This document shows, in pieces, positions 26,662 through 38,400 of a stretch of 64,000 nucleotides of DNA. The position numbers and the translations under genes were made by a program. The DNA comes from Antedon mediterranea. Taxonomy: Eukaryota > Animalia > Echinodermata. Position 1 is the first letter of the stretch. Each line of letters begins with the position of its first letter. Location of the stretch: positions 21,717,365-21,781,364 of the forward strand of contig NC_092678.1 of assembly GCF_964355755.1 (NCBI RefSeq), given 5' to 3'. Below the pieces are notes generated by a model. The model made no database searches. It was not told the DNA's origin and worked only from the letters and a program-made list of their open reading frames with translations.

Positions 26662-26741
26662 ATACTAGCTTAGGTAGTTAGGCCTTACAAACTTTCAAAT
26701 TGGAACACTGTACAGAGAAGAATAGCATTTCCCCATGCCAA
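26662..26741 (+). pseudogene. Degenerate U6-like copy (nt 1 to about 70) with retained promoter flank, unit 2
   Basis: Same alignment as 24678. The upstream catttgaaa..ctatatgtaa..atttctgctataaat mirrors the true U6 upstream region. Confidence 0.75.
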
Positions 26742-27200
26742 ATGGGAGAACTGGACTGATCCATTAGTTAGCAGGTGTGTAGAGTAAATTTCATAATTTT
26801 TAGCATGAATAAAGAATAAATATCCATTTATTCTTTTACAACGTCAATAAAAAAATTAAAATTAATATAGAATATATTCAGGAATAGGTAGAATAATAAC
26901 TGTTAACAAAAATTGTTTAATAATAATGGACCAATCCAAGATATTGTGAATTGACCAATCACCAATTAGTTATAGTTACTGTAGCAACTTTTCTCAGTTT
27001 CCAAAATGTAATAGTTTTTGGTTTGTTGTATTTTGCAGCAACAAATTAGCATAAAAAAGTAATTTAAATAATCAGAAATTATTCCAGACGCATCTGAACT
27101 AGGACGTGAATACAATGGTTTAATACCAGGCCTACTGTAATACCATTTTACCCCAAGATATAACAACATATTTCATCACTTTATTATAAAGTATTAGGGT

Positions 27201-27347
27201 TGATATAAGTTTGCGGTACACCACGTATATTGGTTCTGAAAAGAATTGTTGAGTTTCTCGACGTTTCGATCAATATGCTTTGATCGTCCTCAGGAGTGAG
27301 AATCTTTTCAGAACTAAACATACGTGGTGTACCGCAAACTTATATCA
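27201..27347 (-). ncRNA. Minimal hammerhead ribozyme within a palindromic insert (unit 2, GUC triplet)
   Basis: Minus strand: ctc-CTGAGGA-c-gatcaa(agcata)ttgatc-GAAA-c-GTC-gag. Stem I is ctc/gag. Confidence 0.75.
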
Positions 27348-27910
27348 TCAACATTTGATTTCGCCATGCAAACCTTCAAACAATAAAAGTATTGGTCTAA
27401 TGTATTATATATTATGATAAATCAAAGACAATTAATAAGACATAGTCTACCTCTAATTTAAAACCTCAAGTTGGACCAAAGTTTCAGTGGTCTACCAAAA
27501 TGAATTTAAGTACACAACGAAGCGAATCGCATTGTTTTAGAGACGCGACGCCAATGAGAGCAAAAAGAATTGATGAATAAAAACAACAGAATTTAAATCC
27601 AAGTGGTGCCGCCTTGTTGCTTTGTACTTCGTTGCTTTTGTGTCAATTTTCTATTCATATTTAAATGACATCTTTTAAAAGACAGTAGGTATAAGACGTT
27701 TAAATAATATATATTATTAAATCATTATTATTATTTTTAGATGTTATGTAAACTAAGTCTATGAGGCAATAAACTGATGGGAAATTGCTTAACGATTCAT
27801 GTAATGTGTTTTTTACCTAGAAGACTCGCGTTCACCCGAATTCACATTTATATACTTGAAAGTAAATTTTGTTTAACGGATATATAGAAGTCATTATTTT
27901 TGGTATAAAT

Positions 27911-27935
27911 GTACTCGCTTAGGCAGTACATATAT

Positions 27936-27967
<32 letters not shown>

Positions 27968-28017
27968 GGCCCCTGCGCAAGGATGACACGCAAAATCGTG
28001 AAGCGTTCCATATTTTT
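27911..28017 (+). ncRNA. U6: U6 snRNA, copy 3 (UUAG loop)
   Basis: Full-length U6 identical to copy 2. Confidence 0.96.
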
Positions 28018-28634
28018 AATTTTTAAAAACATTATATTAATTTTGTTTCTCGAAAAATTGAGTAAAAACTGATATAAAATTGTTAGCAGCAGAGACTCAT
28101 CACATCATGGTTAAAACGGTTATTATTGGGGGTTTTATAATAATATATCCGTTAAATATCAAAACGAGTAAATTTATTAATCTCTCTGTGCTAAATTTAT
28201 GATAAAAAGATGAATTTTGTTTGTTATTAGGTTCTTAAATTTTGTTTACGGTGTTTGAAGTTTAAATTATAGAATTAAAACCTTTTGAATGTTTAAACCA
28301 ACAATTAATTAAAGAATATCATATTTTAATTACTAAAAATTAATAAAGATTAGAAATTATTCTAAATATTGACGTAAAAATAATGATTATTGATATCAGT
28401 ACCATTTCAATTCAACAGCAAAGATTATGAACAAGTTTTCTCATAATAGAGGGCGGGCTGTCGACTTGGCTTTCAGATTCTTTAGCTTTGTTGTAAAAAT
28501 AATACTATCAAAAACTAGACTGACTGTAACCAACTGATATAAATTATACATATCCTTAATAAAATGACACAGTCATATATTGTCATTTGAAATTTGGTAA
28601 CGTCTATATGTAATTCGTTATTTCTGCTATAAAT

Positions 28635-28714
28635 ATACTAGCTTAGGTAGTTAGGCCCTACAAACTTTCAAATTGGAACACTGTACAGAGAAGAATAGCA
28701 TTTCCCCTCGCCAA
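28635..28714 (+). pseudogene. Degenerate U6-like copy (nt 1 to about 70), unit 3
   Basis: Same alignment as 24678 and 26662. Confidence 0.75.
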
Positions 28715-28986
28715 ATGAGAGAACTGGACTGATCCATTAGTTAGCAGGTGTGTAGAGTAAATTTCATAATTTTTAGCATCAATAAAGAATAAATATCCAT
28801 TTATTCTTTTACAACATCAATAAAAAATCATTCATTTGAAAATAAAATTTACATATTCAGGAATAGGTAGAATAATAACTGTTAACAAAAAGTGTTTTAA
28901 AATAATGGAACAATCCAAGATATTCTGAATTGACCAATCACCAGTTACTTTTAGCATACCTCCATGCTTTTAGCTAGTTACTCTTA

Positions 28987-29812
28987 AGCCCCTTTCTTAC
29001 AGATGTGCCTGCAATATACCGGTACAGTGCTGGCGTCGTGCCGGTATCGTTACCGGCATATACCCATTCTCATCGGACTATCGTGCCGGAAATATAACCG
29101 GTATATACCGGCTTTCTGTGAGAAAGGAGTCGGGCATATTCGGCCAATAAAAAGTCTCTGACAAAATAATTATTGAGGGCGTCCTTTATTGTTATTATTT
29201 TTGTCTAGCGATGATATGGCGGCGAATGTTAAGTTACAGATTATTATCTTCCTTTATAGCATATTTATGCAATACATGCTATGTACAGTATATTGTGCAT
29301 ATATTATACAGGTATAGCAATTAATTTGCCGTCATCGGCAATCTGTAAAACACCTTAGAAGGCTGTAGGCCTACAATTTACAAGGCGACGAAAGGTCAGG
29401 CACCAACAAACAAAGAGCTAATGGCCTAGCCTAGCGGCCTATATAGATTATGCTACAAATTTCTTCTTGTCCCCTTATTTTAAGCAGCTCTCTTATCTCA
29501 TTATCCCTCCAGTTCCACATTATTATTGTTAATTGAATTGAATAGGCGCCAAAGTGATACACTTGACTGCGCAAGGTGTCAAAGCCTCGACGGGGAACCC
29601 CGGAATATAACGGCAATACGTTCTCACAGAATGCCCGTCTGGCATTGCGGGGAATATCCCTAGAATATTACTAGGTCTAAAGCAGGTCATGTCGATGCCG
29701 GCATGGTGCCGGCATGATGCCAAGACGACCCGTTCTCACAGAAAACCATACCGGCATGGTAATGGTATATTCCCGCAATATTCCTGGCACACAACTCTGT
29801 GAGAAAGGGGCT
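28987..29812. mobile_element. Non-autonomous PIF/Harbinger element with Myb/SANT-like remnant
   Basis: TTA|agcccctttcttacaga ... tctgtgagaaaggggct|TTA, absent from the equivalent position of the other units. The minus strand at about 29431-29520 reads MWNWRDNEIRELLKIRGQEEI, like the start of a Harbinger Myb/SANT (trihelix) protein. Confidence 0.8.
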
Positions 29813-30002
29813 TTATAGCAACTTTTCTCAGTTTCCAAAAATTGAATCAGTTTTTGGTGTTTGATGTATTTTTCAGCAATAAATTAGCATAAAAATGTAA
29901 TTTAAAAATAATAATTTATTCCAGACGCATCTGAACTAGGACGTGAATATCATGGTTTAAGGTACAAAAGACGTATAAATAATATATATTATTAAACCAT
30001 CA

Positions 30003-30366
30003 TTACCTCCGCCAAGGAGGTTATGTTTTCTCCCCTGTATGTTTGTGTGTTTGTTTGTGTGTTTGTGTGTGTGTTTGTGTGTTTGTGTGTGTGTCTGTGA
30101 ACTGCCTGGAGGCCACAGTTTTTATCCGATTCTAACCAAATTTGGACACAATGATCTATGCCCAAAAAGCTCGGACGAGTTCGAATTTGAGGGGTCATAG
30201 GTCAAGGTCATAACTAACAAAAAAACTATTTTACTGCCTAGAGACCACAGTTTTGATCCGATTCTCACCAAACTTAGCCACAATGATCAATGACACATCA
30301 TATAATTGTGGTTACATTTTGAAGGGTCAGGGTCAAAGATCAAGGCCCACCAAAAAAAAAAAGAAA

Positions 30367-30397
<31 letters not shown>

Positions 30398-30610
30398 CTC
30401 AGTGGGACTTGAACCAGCGATTTCAACTGTGAGAGGCTGGATACATAACCATTACATCACACTGTCATCCACAACTTTGTAGTGTGCAGTTAACATATTT
30501 ACACTTAGAACTAATAAAAAAAAATGTAAAAAAAAAAATATTCAGGGGGCATTTTATGTAGGGGAATTTTACAGTAGGCGGAGGTTTGTACTCTCGGAGT
30601 ACCCTCTAGT
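30003..30610 (+). mobile_element. Non-autonomous Helentron/Helitron2-type (HINE/DINE-like) element
   Basis: 5' ttacctccgccaaggagg, GT/GTTT microsatellite, subterminal inverse ggcggaggt, 3' hairpin gtactc-tcg-gagtac and a ctagt end. It is absent from the other units. An internal antisense tRNA-like fragment lies at about 30396-30460. Confidence 0.75.
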
Positions 30611-30788
30611 TGTTAATATTATTAGATGTAATATAAACTAAATTTATGAGGCAATAAGCTTATGTGAAATTGCACGATTCATTTGTGTGTTTTACCTAGA
30701 AGAATCGCATTCACCCAAATTCACATTTATATATTTCAAATTAACATTTGTTAACGAGTATATAGAAGTCATAATTTCTGGTATAAAT

Positions 30789-30845
30789 GTACTTGCTTAT
30801 GCAGTACATATATTAAAATTGGAACAATACAGAGAAGATTAGCAT
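30789..30845 (+). pseudogene. U6 copy 4, 5' half only (nt 1-57)
   Basis: gtacttgcttatgcagtac..acagagaagattagcat, then U6 similarity ends abruptly. The promoter flank is present. Confidence 0.9.
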
Positions 30846-31373
30846 TTTTACTAATTGTTTTTGTAGGTTTATTGTGTAACAGGTTAAACAACAAAACATA
30901 CCCTGTACTATAGTACAAAGATTTTTTGTTGGAAAAATGTGTAACTAGGATTTTTTAATATAATCAACAAAAATCATACAGTAATTAAAAATAATTATTT
31001 ATTTTTATTTAAGAAAAGTTTTCTCACACAAAAGATAGCAGGCTAAACACTGCTTTTATTAATTTTATTGGTAGGAATATTATGTAACCAGGATTTATTT
31101 TATTTATTTAAACAACAAAACATACCCTGTACTATAGTACAAAGATTTTTTGTTGAAAATGTATTGTAACTAGGATTTTTTAATATAACCAACAAAAATA
31201 TATTTATTAATTTATTGTTATTCTAAAAAGTTTTCCCTCTGCTTTTTTGTAAGGGCTTGGGACCTTCAAATACAAAGAGCAGTGATTTGAGAGTAAATTA
31301 ATGTTAATCATCTAAAAGGTAATTATAATAATAAACTTTAATTATTTTTTTACAAATTACAGAATTCACTACT

Positions 31374-31670
31374 TTAATCATTGCTCTTTGCATTCGGCAG
31401 CATTAAAAACTTTTTTATAGTGTCGTGCAGTGACTGGACATCAATTCCGCAGAATTGATTCCAAGTTTTGATGGCATTTCCTCCACCAAGGGTATTACAG
31501 ACACGACATACCCAAATTCGGGTGTACGGGGGACACCCATTCCAGGTTTTTATACACCGCCCAGTATTCGGTGTTGGCGATCGCTGGCTGTACTGTCCGA
31601 CACCCGAAGATGCCACGCCACAGTAGCAACAAAGTTGGCCAGACACTCGGCTAAATTCTGTCACATACAC
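31374..31670 (-). CDS. Small Cys-rich ORF just downstream of the transposase stop
   Basis: 98 open codons in a GC-richer patch: LCCYCG..RCIKTWNGCPPYTRIWVCRVC. There is no ATG start. Confidence 0.35.
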   Translation of the reverse strand: MYVTEFSRVSGQLCCYCGVASSGVGQYSQRSPTPNTGRCIKTWNGCPPYTRIWVCRVCNTLGGGNAIKTWNQFCGIDVQSLHDTIKKFLMLPNAKSND

Positions 31671-31694
31671 ACACTATTTCCGCAAAATCAGAAT

Positions 31695-34600
31695 TTATTT
31701 CTTCTGCTGTTTACGGAGGCGACGTTGAGCAGCCATAGCAGTTTTCCAATCTTCCATGGTTTGATTTGACTTAGCAGCACAATACCAAGTCCCGAAATAC
31801 TGAGCGTGGCTTTCCATCAGTCTCGGTTGTTTGCACTGAGAACAAACACTCACTGATGTTCTTGGCTTGTAGCGTTTTACTTGTTTACCTTCAGCTATTC
31901 TGTTCGCTGCTTGTTTCCTGTAGTAGGCGACGCTTCTAGGTATCGGTCTCTCTACAGGAAGGCTGCTGCTGCTACTGGCTGCAGGGGCAGATGACGTAGA
32001 AGGTAGTGGTGGTATTGCCATCTTGCCTGGTGGAACTGGAATTGACGTTTTGTTCCTTACTGTCGCTTGCCCAACAGTGCTCTCTGGCAGGACAAATGTG
32101 AATGATGGAGCGATCGTCAACGTGTATAGCACTGCTGGCTTGATCAAAGGTTCGGGCAAGGCTCTAGAGGTGACAAGCTTGGGTTTGGTTGCAGATATGC
32201 CAGATTCCAAGACTTGCCGCTCTTGCTTCTTCGATGTTCTGTTGTACCTGTTGAAAATAAGCAAAATAATTGAAAATGAGATTGTATTTATAGCAAAAAC
32301 ACCACCACCACAGAAACAAAAAGTAAGAAACTTACCACTGTATCAGTGTGGTACGGTTTATCTCCATCAACTGAAGCGGAGCAAACGACGAAAGGTGTCC
32401 GTTCGTTAGCACTTTGCGACGGATGTTCTTGTATCCCTTGACGATAAGGGGCCAGCGCTGCGATCGGTTGCCTCCGACTGAGATGACGGTAGATTTGTAG
32501 GCTTCACACAGTTTTGTTATAAGGCACTCCATGTACCGATTACAGTCTGGCCATTGGGCTGGTCCGGTGTTTTGACCCAAGAAGCATCTGTAATATTTAA
32601 AAAGAATATTGTATTAACAGTTGATTAAATTAACATCAACTCGCATTCATCACATCAACCAACAAATTGAACAAAAAGTAGGAAACTGTCTTACCGTCTA
32701 GTGCTTTCGACACCTGGGATTACTGTCGTTTTACTCCTTTTGAACCTGCCCTTGGACAGGTAATCTTGATGTCGTTTGATGATTTTGTCATAAGGTTTGA
32801 GGTTGTTCCATAGCTGTGTAATCTGCTCGGCTTGAGTTTTACTTATGACCCCACTGTCTCCTTTGAACTGGAATAGACAGTCAGCCAGGGCTTCTACCTT
32901 TGCATACCCTGAGATGTTGTCCGGTCCTGCAGAATCCTCAAGCTCCTGTAATTGTTTTTAATGTGAATTAAATTTTTTGAAATGTTTTCCGTATATTTTT
33001 GACACTCACAGGGAAGAGGGAAAAATAAAAAAAATAGAAATCTTCATAGCTTTAAATTCAGAACAGAACAGTAATTAACTCATTGTCAACAGTCATTCAT
33101 TTCAAATATTAGGGTTATATAAGAAACAAGTTCCTTAAAAAATGAAGAGACAAACAAAATATATGTATATACACAATATAATAATATTGATTTAATAAAA
33201 AACTACTTACAGTGTCGATCAGAGCTGCGTCTTCTTTAGCATCACTACCATGTGATGATGGAGGCTGCTGCGGGATCGGCGAGGGTTGCCTAACTTCCGG
33301 AGGCGCACGATGATGACGTCCACCCAATCGGCGAAGTGATGGAGGTTCGTAGTCCGGTTGAGTTATGTCATCATACCCTACGTCAACATCGAAAGTGTAC
33401 ACATCTTCGTCGAAGTCTGCATCGTCACTTTCATCATCTGAAAATTGAGTGAGGAACCACTTGACAGAGGGCACTGGGATCATTTCTGATACCTGGTCGA
33501 ATTTTGGTGCGGTAATAAGAACACTGTCAGTGTCACGAGCATCACGGAACGTCTTGCAATCTTGCAAATAGAGAGCCACTCTCTCATTCCACCGTCTTAT
33601 ATGTTGCTCCAAGACTTGTTGGTGAAGCTGCGAAGGGCTGTTGCCGAATCCGCGGTGCTTGAGGAGCTGCAACACCCGGTTGTCGCATGCTAGGCGGTAC
33701 GAAAGCACAGCGGGGAACTGGAGTCGATGTGCTAAATCAAGTTGTTCCAATATGTTGTTGCTCCAGCCGATTTGTTTTGCGTGGCAATTAGGGCACTCCA
33801 GGTACTCTGTTGCGAGTATGTAGTGGCAGTCTAAGTCCAGGACCAGACGAACGTGTCTGTAGAGACCGGCAGATGTGAGTGGGCGGCTCTTGCATCCTGG
33901 TCGAGTGCAGACTAGCTTGATTAGCCAGATCTTGTGAAGCATCCAAAGAAGGAGACGATGACCGAAGTAGCTTCTGGGTTTTGGTATGTTCTTGCAGAGC
34001 GGATCCGGTTGTGGTGGGTCGAACCACATTTGCTTGAGTTTGGTAGAATCCAACTCTGCAGTCCCCTTCTTTGATTCCTTGAATAAGGCTTTGGAAATCC
34101 ACTCTTGGTCAATCTCGGACAAAGTCTGTTTCCATCCTTCTTGTACAAGGCAGTCTGAAATAAAATTGGACACTATAATTTCTACAATACAATCAAATAA
34201 ATCCTTTAACCAAATTAAATAACATTAAATGGTACATGTTTTTTAACTAAATGAATAACACATGTAAAATGAATTCAGTCAGCCAGTCAGCAACTGAATT
34301 ATACACTAATCATACATTAAACTGAAATGTTGGTTTCAAAATAAACAAAACATAAATAAATAATTACCATGCCCCTTTGACCAAGAGACTGTCGTAGGCA
34401 TAGTATTAGCAGGTTCTGTGGATGCACTTGGTTGGGCTAGGTTAATCAATTTGTCAAAGAAATGTGTTAATAACATTAATAAATCTACAGAAATACCTGT
34501 TCTTTACACAGATAGCATTTTTTAATATTTAAACAAAAATACATGTAGCAGTTTACATAATGCATCAGTAGCGGAATGTTAATAAAGGTGCAGGTAAAGC

Positions 34601-35563
34601 TTACAGTGAATAATGAAAAAAAAAACATCTTCAGACAAGATGAATACATGACTAAACAAGAGTATAAATATAATACATGAGAAAACAAGTACAAATACAT
34701 GAGAAAACAAGTACATTTACAATATGAGAAATTATGTAAATCAACAGTAGTTTTTAACACTGTAGGCCTAATAATAGATGTTGTTTTTAATTTGTTTTTT
34801 AATGCATAAAGTACAAAATCAAAAGAAAATCAAAAACATGACAAGTAGACAGGGTTTTGTCTAACTACAAGAGATACTGCAAACAAAGCATATTTTCTAT
34901 ATTAATTTCTACCACATATATTTACCAATTATGCCAAATACATTTAGTACACTATAAATATAGAAAAAAAAAATTCAAATTATTAAGTAACAAAAAATGG
35001 ACTAAAAAAGTTAATTGAAACAAAAGAAATTAGAAAAAAAAATTACCTGGTGCATCAGTGGATGGTGGCTGACGAAAAGCAAAAACTGATTTACCAAGAG
35101 GTTGAGTTTGACTCTGAGAATGTGATGTCTGATGTCTAGTTGGTCGGGTTCTCCCGAGGCGTTCTTTCTCTTTCATAGCTATGGCTTCTTTGCCCTCAGG
35201 AAAAGACTCCAAGTACTTCTTGAACTTGAATTTGTTCAAACTGAGTGGACTCGTACTCGGAGCTTCGTTTGACACCTGGGTCACCAAATATGCAGCGTAT
35301 CCAAGGACATTTTCGACTATCCACTTGAATGATTGCCCTTGGTATTTGCCGAGCTGAAGTTTGTAGCAACCCAAAATATCACATTCGTCTTTGGTGTCTC
35401 CTCCCAGAATGCATACTTCCTTCAAGGCATCTTGATGTACTTCATCAGGAAGTAGGCATTTGCGAGTCGATTGCTTTTTGGACCTGCTGAATACTACTGC
35501 AGCAGTTGTATCACCCAGTCTCAGGACACCCTTCTCATTTCGCTGAAAGATTGGTCTCAACAT
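31695..35563 (-). CDS. Dada-type transposase derivative lacking the catalytic DDE core (6 coding exons, 861 aa)
   Basis: Exons 35563-35047, 34436-34368, 34154-33211, 32945-32695, 32587-32336 and 32247-31695 all have GT-AG sites and join without stops (2586 nt). Motifs: LQLGKYQGQSFKWIVENVLGYAAYL; LVCTRPGC..LECPNC..QFPAVLSYRLACD; C-terminal CSQCKQPRLMESHAQYFGTWYC. Confidence 0.75.
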
Positions 35564-35859
35564 CTTAAAACCTGCAAGACTTAAAAAAAAAAACAGATCA
35601 CGTGCAAAAATGTATGTGAACAAAGTAAGTATAAACAAAAGAAAATGTTACCGTAAATATTGATGACTCGGTGAAAAGCCAGTTGAAGTGAATGCTAATA
35701 AGTGGTAAAAAGAGAAAAATATAGATTACTTAGAGCTACCACATAATTTAATAATAATAATGAAAAATTTAAAAATAAAGTAATTTAAAAATAAACTACT
35801 TTCTTTTGTCATTGTTGGTGCACCATGAATTTGGGTGCAATAAACTCTGGTAATAATTA

Positions 35860-36550
35860 TTATATATGTGACCTTGATATAAAAACACATTGAATATTTA
35901 TTCAATTATTAATATGTTTATTAATTGAAACAATGTTATGTTAATAATACTAATAAAATTATTACATAAAGCTACTTCTATTCTAAAACATATTTCTAAA
36001 AGGTTAATAATTGTATAAATTGATTCTACCTTACAGCCAGTAAATTAGATATTAGTAATGTTATATAAACTTTGCAAAAAGAAGTTAAAATGGTGTTTAC
36101 AGGACTTATGTTAAATTAATTAAAATTAAATTCTAGGGATTAAGATAACTTGATACATAACAGCTGTCTTTTTTTACATACCTTATCTAGCCTATGCCCA
36201 AAGTTTATGAGGTGTAGGTATATAAGACCTTTATATAAAAACACATTGAATATTTATTCCATTGTAAAATGTTAATAATACTTTAATAAAATCATTACAT
36301 AAAGCTACTTCTATTCTAAAACATAATTCTAAAAGGTTAATTAATTGTATAAATTTATTCTACTTACATACAGTCAATAAATTTGATGTTAGTAGTGTTA
36401 TATAAACTTTGCAGAAAAAAAAATGGTGTTTACAAGACTTATGTTATAAGTAATTATAATTAAATTCTAGGGATTAAGATAACTTGATACATGACAGCTG
36501 TCTTTGTTTACATACCTTATCTAGCCTGTGGTATATAAGACCTTGAATAT
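35860..36550. repeat. About 350-bp tandem duplication inside the transposon 5' intron
   Basis: gaccttgatataaaaacacattgaatatttattc.. at about 35870 is repeated at about 36227, with matching downstream sequence. Confidence 0.85.
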
Positions 36551-37366
36551 TAAACTAACTGCATTTACTTAATAAACTACTTTAGTAATTATCAGCGGTA
36601 AAATAAACTACTAATTGTATAAAGTAAACAATACAATATACAATATTTGATAAGACATAAACGGTGTAGCTAGTTGAGAAAAGAGTGTGTTAATAATGTG
36701 GTCAGTGCATGATAATATTGGGCTTTGCCCATCTCATCTGACCAATTAGGATTAAGAGAATTAATGTGGTTTTCTGTTAGTTATTAACATTCTTAAAATC
36801 CATTAGCTAGAAAAGTGAAGGTTAAATAAAAAGATATATACAGGATGTATAAATAAATCAAATTAAAAGTAAATGTTAAAATGCAATTAAAAGCTATGTG
36901 GTACACAACATTAAAAACAAACTATATATATAAAAAAAACTAAACAATAAAAGGAGAAGAACACTTTCAGTCTCTCACATATAGACTAGGGGAGGGCTAG
37001 ACCTAACTTATATCTATATCTATCTATTCTAGCCTAGTAGCTAGGCCTCTTCTTTGTTTGTTTGCCTCCTACCTATATAGCAGCTAACTAAGAAAAACGG
37101 CCTATTCATTTTTAATGTAATTGAATTTGTAGGCTAAACAAAAATATAACAAAAAATACACTAACAGAAAACAACGCACACAATGTATTAATTTTTACAA
37201 AAAAACTAATTAAGGCGACGTACTCGGCCGTACTAGGTCTGGGCGCGGCCGACAGCCAGGCAGCGAACGGCCATCAGGACCGATCACACGTCTCTCGCGG
37301 AGCTGGTCATATATTTGGCCATATTTTAAATGCCCGTTTGTTGACTAAAATCAAATTTCTTCTTAC

Positions 37367-37680
37367 CTTGAATACAAGCACACGGTTCCAGGATAATACA
37401 GCTTCTAGATGGTCACTTCAAATCGGATTGCGCTTAGAAAAATGATTGAATTCTGAGAGAGTTTAGAACGAGATGTTGTCACAGAAAAATCTGATCAAAA
37501 TCTCAAGGAAAAACCTCTCTGTTTCCTTCCTCACAACACTGAAAAAGTCTAAAGTTACATTACGTCACTCTTCAGCGCTCTGATAGGTTAACTTTTGATA
37601 CACTGACTTTCTGTGATCATGACCTGATTGGTCAATAACCAGTTCAATTTGCAGTGAACGTCTGTGATTGGTTAACATTT
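37367..37680 (-). promoter_or_regulatory. Candidate transposase promoter and non-coding first exon
   Basis: Minus-strand donor AAG|GTAAG at 37366, a CRE-like tacgtca at 37561, and CCAAT boxes (tgattgg at about 37625 and 37665). Confidence 0.45.
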
Positions 37681-38400
37681 GAATCATGAATTGAACAAAC
37701 TAAACTTTGCATAAGTGAAGAGAACTGGACTGATTCATTATTCAGCAAGTGTTTAGTGAATTTAAATCATTCATAGTGTGAAATGAATAAATATCCATTT
37801 ATTGTTTTACAACATCAATAAAAGAAATCACTCATTTTAATTAATATATAATATATTATATATTCAGGAATTGGTAGAATAATAACTGTTAACAAAAATT
37901 GTTTTATAATAATAGACCAATCCAAGATACACCTAATTGACCAATCACCAGTTACTTTTAGTTACTGTAGCAACTTTTCTCAGTTTCGAAAAATTGAATT
38001 CAGTTTTTGGTGTTTGTTGTATTTTTCATTAACAAATTAACCCCAGGATATAACAACAGATTTCATCTCTTTATTATTAGTGTAATGTATTATTTACTAT
38101 GTACAATTAACATGATATTATATTTAAAATTCATGCCTGTACCTGAGCTTTAAGTACACGACGTAACGAGTATACGCATTGTTTTAGAGAAGACACGCCG
38201 CCAATATGCAAATAAAAAGAATTGATGCATAAAAACAAAAGAATTTAAATACAAGCCTTGCTGCTTTGTACTAAGTTACTTTTGTGTTTTCTATTCATAT
38301 TTAAATGACATCTTTTAAAAGACAGTAGATATTAGATGTATAAATAATAATAATCATTGTTATTATTAGATGTAATATAAACTAAATTTATGAGGCGATG

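Larger units (their letters stand above)
30846..37705 (-). mobile_element. Dada-like DNA transposon (internally deleted) inserted in the U6 array
   Basis: About 6.9 kb of non-array sequence abuts a truncated U6 on the left and array spacer on the right. No TIRs are visible. It encodes a spliced transposase-like protein and has its own promoter-like region. The Dada assignment rests on recalled protein similarity (DUF6729-like Cys domain, GVESTRRC..GPAQWPD segment, C-terminal CCHC finger) and the U6 context. Confidence 0.72.

Noticed and set aside
30396-30460. tRNA gene candidates (also at about 5620-5650, 43190-43225, 43380-43410 and 50456-50553)
   Set aside because: Only A/B-box remnants are present with no complete cloverleaf. 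They are SINE heads or fragments inside repeats.
32023-34222. Plus-strand and alternative-frame ORFs over the transposase (32023-32409, 33641-33823, 33788-34102, 33921-34148, 33986-34222)
   Set aside because: These are shadow ORFs of GC-richer coding exons. The same applies to antisense ORFs over NAPEPLD and the death-domain gene.
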